A DNA stretch of 64,000 bases, taken from an uncultured delta proteobacterium. GTDB lineage: Bacteria > Myxococcota > Myxococcia > Myxococcales > Myxococcaceae. A program made the position numbers and the translations under genes. The stretch lies in the NCBI GenBank assembly GCA_963771175.1, contig CAVYSY010000039.1:384001-448000 (forward strand). Direction: 5' to 3'. Positions within the stretch are counted from its first letter, which is position 1; every line of letters starts with the position of its first letter. The notes below the pieces were generated by a model, which worked only from the letters and a program-made list of their open reading frames with translations, made no database searches and was not told where the DNA came from. Shown piece by piece: positions 1-11,333 of this stretch.

Positions 1-1454
1 TAACGGAGCACGTTCCGGCTTCCGAAGCTGGCGATGTACAGGTTCCCATCCGGGCCGTAGACGAGCGCTTGCGGATTGTCCAACCCGCCGCTGCCCGGGG
101 ACACGAAGATGCCTTCGAAGGTGCCCGTGCGCCCGTCATAGCGGTGCACACTGGCGTCGATGCCATTCGAGACGAGCAGGTCTCCACCCAGATCCGCGGT
201 GAGGAGGATCTCCGGCGAGTCGAGCACCGTGCCGTCCGTCTTCATCCGGGTGGCCACGACGTCGTGCGGGATGGCGGGGTCCGCGTCTACCCCGCCAGCG
301 AAGGGAATGAGATAGCGGCCGGAGCCAACCGCCACGCTCGGGAGGATCTCCTGCGCGAAGTCACCGCGAGAGAGGCGAACGCCGGAGGACTCCACCACCG
401 TGCCGTCCTCCTTCACCCGCGCGCCCCAGATGCGGCTGGCGCCCGAGCGCGTGTCAGCCCAGACGACCAGGGATTTCCCCTCATGGTGGGCCACCTGGGG
501 CGAGAGTTGATCGCCGGGGCCGACGGAGATGGGAATCCCCTCTGGCTCCTCCACACGACCGCTGGGGTGGACCCGGGCGCCGAAGATGTCGTGAGTGCCA
601 TGACGGGTGTCGTCCCAGACGACCACGAAGCGTCGGCCGCTCCAGGCCACGTCTGGACGAAACTGCCCACCGGGCGCCGCGGCAATGGGAAAGCCACCTG
701 GCTCCACCACGGTCCCATCCAGGCGCACCCGGCCACCGAAGATGTCCGAGGTTTCGGCTCCGCCTCGCCCATCGGCCCAGACGACAAGGAACTGTTTCCC
801 ATCCCAGGCCACCGCGGGGTCGGTCACGAACTCGACCCCATCGGGCGAGAGTCCGGTGCTCAGCCCGAGCATCTTCCCGTCGCTCGAGATCCGATCCGCG
901 ACGATCGTGGTCCCGTCGCTTCCGAACGAGCGATAGGCGACGAGGCACACTCCCCGAGCGCAGGCGAGCCCGAGCGGGCCATTGGCCTCTTCTCCATCCG
1001 CGACGTGGATCCTCGGGGACAGGACGGTGCCGTCCGGAGCCACGCGAATACCAGAGATCGCGAAGCGGTCATCCCAGACCACCACGTAATGGGTGCCATT
1101 GAAGGCGACCTTCGGCGTGCCCGACGTCAAATCGGATTCCTGGATCAGGAATCCCCCCGGATCGAGGACGGTGCCGTCCGGCCTCACGCGCGCTCCGAAG
1201 ATGCCACTGGAGCGGGTGTCCCTCCAGACCACGAGATGCGTCTTGCCATCAAAGGCCACCGAGGGCGCCCCATCCGCCGCGGTGCCCAGCGGCGGTGGGC
1301 ACGGAGTCTTCCATCCGGCCTCCAGCGCGGACCGCGCGGCGAGCTCCTCCGTGGGCTCCTCCTCGAGGGTGCTTCCACATGCGGCGAGCAGGACTCCGAG
1401 CACCAGGGCCCGCAATGCCGCGCCATACAACCCGTATCGGGAATGTCTCTCCAT
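1..1454 (-). CDS. Surface lipoprotein with myxobacterial beta-propeller-type repeats and NHL/Vgb-like repeats (runs off the left edge)
   Basis: Not in the ORF track because it has no stop in the window. ATG at 1454 after a purine-rich RBS gives MERHSRYGLYGAALRALVLGVLLAAC (lipobox). It has repeated PxVAxxGxxxxVVWxD units, and the sequence at the window edge reads ALVYGPDGNLYIASFGSRNVLR. Confidence 0.75.
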   Translation of the reverse strand, partial: MERHSRYGLYGAALRALVLGVLLAACGSTLEEEPTEELAARSALEAGWKTPCPPPLGTAADGAPSVAFDGKTHLVVWRDTRSSGIFGARVRPDGTVLDPGGFLIQESDLTSGTPKVAFNGTHYVVVWDDRFAISGIRVAPDGTVLSPRIHVADGEEANGPLGLACARGVCLVAYRSFGSDGTTIVADRISSDGKMLGLSTGLSPDGVEFVTDPAVAWDGKQFLVVWADGRGGAETSDIFGGRVRLDGTVVEPGGFPIAAAPGGQFRPDVAWSGRRFVVVWDDTRHGTHDIFGARVHPSGRVEEPEGIPISVGPGDQLSPQVAHHEGKSLVVWADTRSGASRIWGARVKEDGTVVESSGVRLSRGDFAQEILPSVAVGSGRYLIPFAGGVDADPAIPHDVVATRMKTDGTVLDSPEILLTADLGGDLLVSNGIDASVHRYDGRTGTFEGIFVSPGSGGLDNPQALVYGPDGNLYIASFGSRNVLR

Positions 1455-1711
1455 TGTCTCCCCCCTCCTCCAGCCGAGCCCAAGGTCAGGCCCGTCCGGA
1501 GCGGAGACAATTGCCCCGAGAGCCTGGTGGGCCGCGCTGCTCGGGGGTCGCACCCGACACCAAGCGGAGGCGAGTGTCGGGAACGCACCGCCGCGCGCCT
1601 GCCTGCTCCTCGGCCCTGGACGAAGTGGCGCGGCTGAAACGGGTTCAGGTTAAACATGCGCCGCACGCCGGTGCGAGGTCGCGCCGGCCCGCGTTTCGAG
1701 GATCACCCACC

Positions 1712-2203
1712 ATGGCTGAAGCCACCCTGGATCTGCGCGGCCTGCCGAAGTCCGAGGCCTATGCCGAGCTCAAGAAGCACGTCGAGGCCGTCCTGGAAGG
1801 CATCGACGACGACGTGGCCGGCATGGCCACCATGAGCTGCCTCCTGCACCACGCCTTCGGCCACCTGTGGACCGGCTTCTACCGCGTCGTGGAGCCCGGC
1901 AAGCTGCTGCGCGTGGGCCCCTACCAGGGGACCCTCGGGTGCCTGGAGATCCGCTTCGGCAAGGGCGTCTGCGGCACCTCCGCCGCCAAGGCCGAGACCG
2001 TGGTCGTCGAGGATGTGCACGCCTTCCCCGGCCACATCACCTGCGATGGCCGCTCGGCCTCGGAGATCGTCGTCCCCGTCTTCGGCCCCAACCGCGAGCT
2101 GATGGCCGTGCTGGACATCGACTCCGAGCACAAGGCCACCTTCGACGACGTGGACCGCCGCGCGCTCGAGGAGCTGATGGGGTGGTTCTCCCGTCGGCGG
2201 TAG
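1712..2203 (+). CDS. msrC: GAF-domain protein, free methionine-(R)-sulfoxide reductase family
   Basis: WTGFYRV, GPYQGTLGC, GKGVCG, DVHAFPGHITCD, SEIVVP and LDIDS motifs of YebR/MsrC. Confidence 0.85.
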   Translation: MAEATLDLRGLPKSEAYAELKKHVEAVLEGIDDDVAGMATMSCLLHHAFGHLWTGFYRVVEPGKLLRVGPYQGTLGCLEIRFGKGVCGTSAAKAETVVVEDVHAFPGHITCDGRSASEIVVPVFGPNRELMAVLDIDSEHKATFDDVDRRALEELMGWFSRRR

Positions 2204-2351
2204 TCGTGAAGTCCTGAACGGGAGGGCTGGGTGGAGGGGGGAGACCCTCTCCCCGGACCTCCTCCCCCTGCCCACCTTGCCGAAATGTGACGTGGCCGCC
2301 TGCTCCACTCATTGACGGACCAACGGCCAAGGAGTATTCCTTGGTGCCGTG

Positions 2352-2375
2352 GAAATGAGAACGATTCTCAATTTC
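2352..2375. promoter_or_regulatory. Fur-box-like operator upstream of tonB
   Basis: TGAGAAC-G-ATTCTCA (2356-2370) is a 7-1-7 inverted repeat matching TGATAAT-N-ATTATCA at 11/14 positions. It is an AT-rich patch in front of iron-uptake genes. Confidence 0.7.
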
Positions 2376-3218
2376 GATATCGAAATGTGCGAGAGTGACA
2401 CGCGCCCCCGAGCGGACATCCGGCCTGCCGTGGGCCTCTTCCGCATGGGCGAGGCCACCCAGGTCGAAGGGGAATCGGGACGGTGGGGACGGGCCCTCCT
2501 CATCACCGCCATCGTCCACGCCGGGGTGCTCTTCGTGGGGCTCTCGATGCCGGGCGCTGTCGTGAAGGAAGCGCCGATGAGGGAGGAGCCGGAGCTGGTG
2601 TTCTTCAGCTTCCCGCCCCCGCCGGCCGCAGCGGCCCGTGCCACCCCCTCCCGAGCGGTGGTGGCCGAGCGGGTGCAGCGACAGGCCCGGACCCGCGTCC
2701 CGCGCCCGGTCGCCGAGAATCGCGCACCGACGCCTCTTCCGGCGAAGGCTCCCGTGGAGCCGACGATGGAGGTGCACGACGAAGGGGCGGCATCCGACGA
2801 GGCCCCAGCGGCGGAGGGCGGCGCGGCGATGGGGCCCGCGGGAGTGGGAGGCGTCGTCGCGGGGCTCGTGGGCGGTGTTCTCGACGGACGGGAGGGCGGG
2901 CTGGTGGGTGCCACGGGCGGGACGGCCCTCGACCTGAAGCAGGTGGCGCGCGCCCCGCAGGTACTCAAGCAGGTCAAGCCTCAATACCCTCGGAGGGCCA
3001 AGGCCGACGGCATCGAGGGACTCGTGCTGGTGCGCGTCATCATCGGGACGGATGGACACATCGAACCCGAGCACACGCGCGTCATCCGCTCCGTTCCCGG
3101 GCTCGACGCGGCGGCCATCTCCGCCGTCAGCCAGTGGCGATTCTCCCCTGCCCTCGGGAAGCAGGGGCGGCCCGTGCGCGTCATCGTCGAGATTCCCGTC
3201 CAGTTCTCCCTGAAGTGA
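2355..3218 (+). CDS. tonB: Energy transducer TonB (start uncertain: 2355, 2385 or 2445)
   Basis: TM anchor with His (AIVHAGVL), Pro/Ala-rich linker, and C-terminal YPRRAKADGIEGLV...WRFSPA TonB_C domain. Confidence 0.85.
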   Translation: MRTILNFDIEMCESDTRPRADIRPAVGLFRMGEATQVEGESGRWGRALLITAIVHAGVLFVGLSMPGAVVKEAPMREEPELVFFSFPPPPAAAARATPSRAVVAERVQRQARTRVPRPVAENRAPTPLPAKAPVEPTMEVHDEGAASDEAPAAEGGAAMGPAGVGGVVAGLVGGVLDGREGGLVGATGGTALDLKQVARAPQVLKQVKPQYPRRAKADGIEGLVLVRVIIGTDGHIEPEHTRVIRSVPGLDAAAISAVSQWRFSPALGKQGRPVRVIVEIPVQFSLK

Positions 3219-3232
3219 AGGCGCCGAGCCCC

Positions 3233-4447
3233 ATGAGCAGCAGGACCTTTCGCAAGATCATCTTCTGGCCGCACCTGGTCTCCGGCGTCATCGCCGGGCT
3301 CGTCATCGCGAGCATGTCCATCACCGGGGTGGCGATCGCCTTCGAGCACCAGCTCCTCGATTGGGCCGACCGCGAGACCCGACAGGTACAGGCGCCCGCG
3401 CCGGATGCCCCTCGCCTCTCCGTGGACGAGCTGCTGGCCCGCGTGCGCGCCGCCCGACCAGAGGCTCAGCCCTCGGGAGTGACGGTGTACCCCGAGCCGA
3501 CCGCCGCCGTGCTGGTGAGCACCGGCCGCACCAGCGCGGTCTATGTGAATCCCTACACGGGCGAGGTGCGGGACCAGGGCGCTCGGGGCTGGCGCGACTT
3601 CTTCCATGCCATGGAGGAGTGGCACCGGTGGCTCGGCGCGCAGGGCGACAATCGCGCCGTGGGCCGAGCCATCACCGGCGTCAGCAATACCGCCTTCCTG
3701 TTCCTCGCCATCTCCGGCCTGTACCTGTGGTGGCCGCGCAAGTGGACGCTGCGGTCGATGCGGCCCACCCTCTGGTTCAGGCGCGGACTGAAAGGCAAGG
3801 CTCGCGACTTCAACTGGCACAACGTCATCGGCTTCTGGTGCCTGCCGGTGCTCATCGTCCTGACGACGACGGGCATGGTCATCTCGTACAAGTGGGCCTC
3901 GGACCTCGTCTTCACGCTCACCGGCAACGAGCCCCCCGCCGCCCAGGGTCCGGCCGCCGCGCCAGCGGTCAAGGTCCCCGAGCCCCCGGCTGGTGCGAAG
4001 CCGATCGGCCTCGATCCGCTCTTCGCCGAGGCCCGGAAGCAGGTGCCGGCCTGGGAGAGCATCACCGTGCGCCTCGGCGGTGCACCGCGCGGCAACGCGC
4101 CCCAGGGCCCGCAGGCCCTCGCCTTCTCCATCCGGGAGCAGGGCGGCTGGCCGCTCTTCGCATCGGCGCAGCACTCCTTCGATCCCTTCACCGGCCAGAC
4201 GCTGCGCCGCGAGACCTTCGCGGACTACAACCTCGGCCGCCAGGTCCGCTCGTGGATGCGCTTCCTGCACACGGGCGAGGCCCTCGGGTGGTTCGGCCAG
4301 TTCATCGCCGCCCTCGCCTCGCTGGGAGGCGCCTTCCTCGTGTGGACCGGCTTCGCCCTGTCCTGGAGGCGGTTCTTCCCGCGTCGGACCCGCGTTGCCG
4401 CTTCGAAACCTGGCACGGCGCCAGAGCAGACGGAGCCGATGGCCTGA
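3233..4447 (+). CDS. PepSY-associated TM helix protein (PiuB-like iron-regulated membrane protein)
   Basis: His-containing helices WPHL, WHRWL, WHNVIG and FLHTGE; SGLYLWWPR; YVNPYTGEV. Confidence 0.85.
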   Translation: MSSRTFRKIIFWPHLVSGVIAGLVIASMSITGVAIAFEHQLLDWADRETRQVQAPAPDAPRLSVDELLARVRAARPEAQPSGVTVYPEPTAAVLVSTGRTSAVYVNPYTGEVRDQGARGWRDFFHAMEEWHRWLGAQGDNRAVGRAITGVSNTAFLFLAISGLYLWWPRKWTLRSMRPTLWFRRGLKGKARDFNWHNVIGFWCLPVLIVLTTTGMVISYKWASDLVFTLTGNEPPAAQGPAAAPAVKVPEPPAGAKPIGLDPLFAEARKQVPAWESITVRLGGAPRGNAPQGPQALAFSIREQGGWPLFASAQHSFDPFTGQTLRRETFADYNLGRQVRSWMRFLHTGEALGWFGQFIAALASLGGAFLVWTGFALSWRRFFPRRTRVAASKPGTAPEQTEPMA

Positions 4448-4534
4448 GCCCCGTTGAAGGGCTCGGATGCTGAACCCACCCCACCCCGCTCACACCTCGG
4501 CCAGATGAATGACGCTGGCCTCTGTCCATCAATT

Positions 4535-4553
4535 GATTATGAAAATCACTATT
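4535..4553. promoter_or_regulatory. Fur box upstream of the TonB-dependent receptor
   Basis: GATTATGAAAATCACTATT matches the 19-bp consensus GATAATGATAATCATTATC at 15/19 positions. Confidence 0.75.
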
Positions 4554-6859
4554 ACAATCAACTCTCCCCAGACGCGCAGCACGGGCATCCGTTCCACGAA
4601 GGGCATTTCCGGAGGCGTGCGCAGCTCGCTGTGGCCCCTGGGGCATGCCGCGGTCGGCCTCGCGTCGGCCCTGGCCGCGAGCAGCGCGCTGGCCCAGGAG
4701 GTGACGCCTCCCGCCGACGCGCCGAGGGCCGTCACCGTGCTGCCCGAGAAGCCGGCCTCGAGCGGCCCGGCCCCTCAGGACACGTTCGTGCTGCCGACGG
4801 TCCAGGTGGAGGAAGAGGCGGAGGGCTACAACACCCAGGAGAGCGCCCTCACGCGCCTGCCGAGCCCGCTCGTCAACACGCCGCAGAGCGTCACCGTGGT
4901 GCCCGAGGTGGTGCTCGAGCAGCAGCAGGCGACGACGCTGCGCGATGCCCTGCGCAACGTCTCCGGCATCACGATCAGCGCCGGTGAGGGCGGACGCCAG
5001 GGCGACTCCTTCAACCTCCGCGGCTTCTCGGCACAGACCGACACGTTCCGCGACGGCGTGCGCGATCTCGGCTGGTTCACCCGAGACACCTTCAACCTCG
5101 GTGGAGTCGAGGTCTTCTTCGGGCCGTCCTCCGTCCTCTTCGGGCGCGGCTCGACGGGAGGGGCGATCAACCTCGTCACGAAGAAGCCGGGCCGGCAGTC
5201 CTTCCGGAACGTGAGCCTGTCGGGCGGCACGGCGCCCTCGGGCCGCGTCGAGGTCGATCTCAACCAGGCGATCAACGACCGCGTCCAGGTTCGCGTCAAT
5301 GCAGTGGGGCAGCTCGCCGACGTGGCGGGCCGTGACACCGTCACGGAGAACCGCGCTGGCTTCGCCCCCTCGGCGCGCATCGCGCTGGGGAGAGAGCACC
5401 TCGCTCGAGCTCGACTACCTCTACCAGCGGGAAGACAGCATCCCGGACTATGGCCAGCCCTACTTCGACGGCTACCCGGTCTCGACCAGTGTCGGCGTCC
5501 CGCGCGAGGCCTTCTATGGCGTGAAGGGCTCGGACACCGAGCGGGTGAACGCGCATGTCGCGACCGCGCAGCTCCAGCACCGGTTCGGCGGAGGCGACAA
5601 CGGTCCCCTGCTGACGAACTCGCTGCGCATGGGCGCGGTGGACCGCTTCGCCCGGCCCACGGCACCTCGCGGGCTCACCCTGACCAGCGGGAGCCCGACG
5701 GGCATCGGCCGGCAGCGCTTCGAGACCCACACGGACAACACCTACCTCGCCAACCAGACGAACCTGCGCGGCGAGCTCCAGACCGGCTTCCTGAAGCACA
5801 CCGCGAACGCGGGGCTCGAGCTGTCCTGGGAGACGAGGGACCAGAATCGCAACAACCTGACCGCGGTGGGGCTGCCCTCCGGACCGAACCTCTCGGCCGA
5901 CCTGTTCAATCCGGATCCCGACGCCCGACCTCTCCGTGGTCAGCCCCGTCTTCGCCAGCGCCAACGAGAGCAGGCAGTGGTCGGTGGGCCTCTACGCGGC
6001 GGATCAGCTCCAGCTCACCCGGTTCCTCGAGGTCCTCGGCTCCGCCCGCTTCGACGTCTTCGACACCCGCTACGTGGCGGAGGACAGCACACGGACGCCG
6101 CACCGAGCTGAAGAGCCGCGATCAGATCTTCAACTGGCGCGTGGGCCTCGTCGGCCACCCGCTGGAGAAGACGAGCCTCTACGTGACGTACGGCACGTCC
6201 GCCAACCCGTCGGCGGAGGTCGGCACGCTCACCACCGGGACGGCCAGCCTCGAGCCGGAGAAGAACGCGACGCTCGAAGTCGGCGCCAAGGCGGACCTGC
6301 TCGAGGACCGGCTGGGCCTGAGCGGCGGCGGTCTTCCGCATCGACAAGACGAACGCGCGCGTGCCGAACACCAACCCCGAGGGGCCGCCGACAGGTCCTC
6401 GAGGGCGCGCAGCGAGTCGCAGGGCTTCAACGTCGGAGTGACCGGCACGCTCACGAGCCGCTGGAGGGTGATCGCCAGCTACACGCACCTGGACTCGGAG
6501 ATCCGCGAGCACACCAACCGAGTACCTCGTGGGCCAGGCGCTGCCGAGCACGCCCAAGCGCAGCCTCTCGCTCTGGACGACGGTCACCCCGCTGGAGAAC
6601 CTCACGCTCGGTGGCGGCGCCGTGTACCAGGACGTGACGACTGTCGAACAATCCGACCTCGGAGACGGTGGCGCTCGTCAAGGTGCCCAACTTCTGGCGC
6701 TTCGACGCGTTCGCGAGCTACGCGCTGTGGAACAAGATCGATCTCCAGCTCAACGTGAACAACCTCACGAACGTGCTGTATTACGAGCAGTACTACGCCG
6801 GGCAGGCCGTCCCCGCCGAGGCGCGCTCGGCGAACCTGACCGCCAGGGTCCGCTTCTAG
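4539..6859 (+). CDS. TonB-dependent siderophore receptor (Fiu/PiuA-like); several apparent assembly frameshifts between about 5390 and 6660
   Basis: Plug motifs [20 protein letters not shown] and [22 protein letters not shown]. Barrel pieces continue in ORFs 5299, 5936, 6529 and 6668. C-terminus is [10 protein letters not shown]...ARVRF with terminal Phe. Confidence 0.85.
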
Positions 6860-6873
6860 AAGGGTTCCCAGCC

Positions 6874-7554
6874 ATGATGGTCCACATCCCCAACGTCCTC
6901 GCCCCCGAGCAGGTGGCCCGCTGCCGCGAGGTCTTCGATCAGGCGCAGTGGGCGGACGGCCGGGTCACCGCCGGACACCAGTCCGCGCAGGTGAAGAAGA
7001 ACCTGCAGCTCCCGGAGAACGGCCCCGAGGCGCGTGAGCTCGGCGAACTGGTGCTGGCGGGACTCGAGTGCAGCCCCCTGTTCATCTCGGCGGTGCTGCC
7101 GCAGCGGGTCTTTCCGCCGCTCTTCAACCGCTACGACGAGAGCATGAGCTTCGGCTCGCACGTCGACAACGCCATCCGGCCGATCACCGGGACGTCGCTG
7201 CGCCTCCGCACCGACGTCTCGGCGACACTCTTCCTGTCCGATCCGGAGAGCTATGACGGAGGAGAGCTCGTCGTGGAGGACACCTATGGCAGCCACGCGG
7301 TGAAGCTGCCGGCCGGAGACCTCATCATCTATCCGGCGACGAGCCTTCACCACGTCACGCCGGTGACCCGCGGCGTGAGGCTCGCGTCGTTCTTCTGGGT
7401 GCAGAGCATGGTCCGCGATGTCTCGCGGCGCGCGCTGCTGTTCGACCTCGACATGTCGATCATGCAGCTCAACAAGGAGGTGCCGAAGAGCCCCTCCCTG
7501 GTCATGCTGACGGGCGTCTACCACAACCTGCTCAGGCAGTGGGCGGAGCCCTGA
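6874..7554 (+). CDS. piuC: PKHD-type Fe(II)/2-oxoglutarate dioxygenase (PiuC/YbiX)
   Basis: [45 protein letters not shown] and [10 protein letters not shown] motifs. Confidence 0.9.
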   Translation: MMVHIPNVLAPEQVARCREVFDQAQWADGRVTAGHQSAQVKKNLQLPENGPEARELGELVLAGLECSPLFISAVLPQRVFPPLFNRYDESMSFGSHVDNAIRPITGTSLRLRTDVSATLFLSDPESYDGGELVVEDTYGSHAVKLPAGDLIIYPATSLHHVTPVTRGVRLASFFWVQSMVRDVSRRALLFDLDMSIMQLNKEVPKSPSLVMLTGVYHNLLRQWAEP

Positions 7555-7556
7555 GC

Positions 7557-8451
7557 TCAGGGAGGAGGCGCTTCCGCCAGGCGCTCGAAGAGGGCGCGGG
7601 CCCGAGCAAGGCCCGCCTCGGGGTTGAGCGCGAAGTACCAGTAGCGCTCCAGCTCGATGGCGCCCCTCCGGAGCTGCATCAGTCCCTGGGTCTTGTGCTC
7701 GGCGATGGCCCAGTCGACCACGACGTTGTAGTCGAGCCGGTCGCGGAACCCGAACCTCCGCGTGCGGTCGAACTCGAACACAGCGCCTGGACGCACATCC
7801 GCGAGCGGCTGGCCTTGCACGCCAACGTACGAGAAGCCCTCGACCTCCGGGATGGGAAACCCCTGCCGGTTCTCCTCGGCCACCGCCTTCCGGCGGGTGT
7901 GCCCGGAGGCGCCAAGGACCAGTGGCCGCTCGTGCGGCGCCAGGCCCGCCACCACCTCCAGCGTGAGGAGTGCCGCGGCACGGTGGTGGGTGTGCGTGAG
8001 CGGCAGGGGGAGCATCACGAAGACGAAGTCGTACCGGCCCTGGAGCAACCGCTCGCGCAGTCGGCGCTGGATGTAGGCCGTGTCCCAGCCCTCACCGGCC
8101 ACCGCACCCGCCTCCACGGTGAAGCCGGAATCAGGCTGGTCGAGGAAGACGCACTCGCGCAGCCCCAGGAGGCGGGCCGCGGCCCGGAGCTCCTGCTCGC
8201 GAATCCGAGCCATGTGGACGCGGGCCACCTCTGGATCGGTGAGCTTCAAGCCATAGAGGGGCTCGGCCAGGGTGGCGCTCCGGTAGCCCCCCTCGCCCCG
8301 GGTGAACACCACCAGACTCCACCTGCCCTCCCAGCGAACGGGAGAGCGTGTACACAGCACCCCCGAAGAGCGTCTCGTCGTCCGGGTGGGCCGTGACGAG
8401 CAGGACCCTCGGGGGACGCTCCTCCCACTCCGCTCCGGAAGAGGAAGGCAT
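7557..8451 (-). CDS. PIG-L/LmbE family deacetylase (frameshift near 8315)
   Basis: AHPDDE motif in ORF 8131..8451 joins FTRGEGG, REQELRAAA, HTHH and HKTQ in ORF 7557..8360. Confidence 0.8.
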
Positions 8452-8459
8452 GGGGCGAG

Positions 8460-9149
8460 CTACCGACTGGACATCCGGCCCAGGATCTCCTCCTCCAGCG
8501 ACTGCACCACCTCGGAGAGCGGCATGCTGGTCGAGTCGATCCGCAGGGCGTCATCCGCCGGCTTCAGCGGCGCCAGCGCGCGCGAGGCGTCGTCCTGGTC
8601 GCGCTTGATCTGATCCGCCAGCACGTCCTCGAGCGAGCGCTCCACGCCCTTCTGGAAGAGCTCCTCGTAGCGGCGGCGCGCCCGGGTGTCGGGATCCGCC
8701 TGCAGGAAGAACTTCGCGTCGGCGTCGGGGAACACCACCGTCCCGATGTCGCGGCCCTCCAGGATGGCGCCCTTGGGGGCCTCCAGCGCGAGCCGCCGCT
8801 GCAGCGACAGCAGCCCCGCGCGCACCACCGGCCGACTCGACACCTGCGAGGCCGCCATCGAGTTCTCCGGCGTGCGGATCTCCCCCGAGACGTCCTCGCC
8901 ATCCAGGAACACGTGGTTGTCCTCGCCCACCACCTGGAAGGTGACGCGCACGCGGCCCAGCAGCTCCCCCAGCTTCGTGTCGTCGTCGAAGGCGATGCCC
9001 TCTCGCCGCGCCTTGAGCGCCACGCAGCGGTAGATGGCCCCGGTGTCCACCAGCGCGAAGCCCAGCCGGCGCGCCAGCACCTTCGAGACGGTCGACTTGC
9101 CCGCGCCCGCGGGGCCGTCGATGGCCACGATGAAGGGACGCGTGCTCAT
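8460..9149 (-). CDS. cmk: Cytidylate kinase
   Basis: IDGPAGAGKST, DTGAIYR and EGRDIGTVVFPDA motifs. Confidence 0.95.
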   Translation of the reverse strand: MSTRPFIVAIDGPAGAGKSTVSKVLARRLGFALVDTGAIYRCVALKARREGIAFDDDTKLGELLGRVRVTFQVVGEDNHVFLDGEDVSGEIRTPENSMAASQVSSRPVVRAGLLSLQRRLALEAPKGAILEGRDIGTVVFPDADAKFFLQADPDTRARRRYEELFQKGVERSLEDVLADQIKRDQDDASRALAPLKPADDALRIDSTSMPLSEVVQSLEEEILGRMSSR

Positions 9150-10240
9150 GAACCGAGGACCTCCTTCAGCGCCGCCACGCAGCGCAGGTTCTCCTCACGC
9201 GTGCCCACCGAGATGCGCAGGGACGTGGGGTAGCCGTTGCCCACCATGGGCCGCACGATGACGCCCTTGCGCAGCAGCTTCTCGTACAGCTCCATCGCCG
9301 GCCGGCCGAAGTCCGCCAGCACGAAGTTGGCGTGGCTCTCCGCCAGACTCGCGCCCAGCTTCGGCAGCTCCGTCTGGTAGTAGCGCAGCCCCTCGCTGTT
9401 GAGCTCGCGCGTGCGCCGCACGTGCTCCGTGTCGTCCAGCGCCGCCAGCCCGGCCATCTGCGCGGGGATCGTCAGGTTGAAGGGCATCCGCGTGCGCTGG
9501 AGGTACGCCACCAGCTGCGCGTTCATCACCCCGTAGCCCAGCCGGATGCCCGCCAGCCCGTAGATCTTGCTGAACGTGCGCAGCGCCACCACGTTCGGGT
9601 ACTTGTGGATGTACTCCACGGCGCTGAAGTACTCGGGCCAGTCCACGAACTCGAAGTAGGCCTCGTCGTGGACCACGAGCACGTGCTCCGGCACCTTGGC
9701 CAGGAAGGCCTCCCACTCCTGGCGGCCGAACGTCGTCCCCGTCGGGTTGTCCGGGTTGGCGATGAAGATCATCCGCGTGCGCGGGTTGATCGCCTTCGCC
9801 ATCGCGTCCAGGTCGTACCGGTGCCCCTCGCGCATGGGCACTTCGGCGAAGGGGCGCCCGTGCGCCTGCACGGAGATGCGGTAGGCGGGGAACGAGCCCT
9901 TGCACAGCAGCACCTCGTCCTCGGGCGTGGTGAAGGTGCGGATGAGCAGCTCGATGATTTCGTTCGAGCCGCAGCCGAGCACCACCTCCTCCGGCTTCAC
10001 ACCCAGGTGCGAGGCCAGCCGGCGCACGAGCGAGAAGCTGCTCGCGTCCGGGTAGAGGTGCACCTTCTGCATCGCCGCCCGCATGGCCTCGAGGGCCTTG
10101 GGCGAGGGCCCCAGCGGGTTCTCGTTGGAGGCCAGCTTGATGACGCCCGTGAGACCGTACTCACGCTCCGTCTCTTCGATGGGCTTGCCCGGGACGTAGG
10201 GCTTGAGCGTCTCGATGTACGGGGGGACGAGCGGTCTCAT
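9146..10240 (-). CDS. hisC: Histidinol-phosphate aminotransferase
   Basis: KLASNENPLG, NPDNPTG, DEAYFEF and RTFSKIYGLAGIRLGY motifs. Confidence 0.93.
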   Translation of the reverse strand: MRPLVPPYIETLKPYVPGKPIEETEREYGLTGVIKLASNENPLGPSPKALEAMRAAMQKVHLYPDASSFSLVRRLASHLGVKPEEVVLGCGSNEIIELLIRTFTTPEDEVLLCKGSFPAYRISVQAHGRPFAEVPMREGHRYDLDAMAKAINPRTRMIFIANPDNPTGTTFGRQEWEAFLAKVPEHVLVVHDEAYFEFVDWPEYFSAVEYIHKYPNVVALRTFSKIYGLAGIRLGYGVMNAQLVAYLQRTRMPFNLTIPAQMAGLAALDDTEHVRRTRELNSEGLRYYQTELPKLGASLAESHANFVLADFGRPAMELYEKLLRKGVIVRPMVGNGYPTSLRISVGTREENLRCVAALKEVLGS

Positions 10241-10267
10241 GGGGCTTCTGGTTTCCTGGGTGAAGGA

Positions 10268-11236
<969 letters not shown>

Positions 11237-11333
11237 GGCGCGGGAGCCCTATCACCTGCCTTCCGGGCTTTCAACGCGCAACCGGTTACGCGGTGCGTAG
11301 AATCCCCGCCCCATCCTTTCCGTCTGGAGAGAC

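Noticed and set aside
69..1637. 522-aa plus-strand ORF
   Set aside because: It is the antisense shadow of the minus-strand lipoprotein, which has the signal peptide and repeat motifs.
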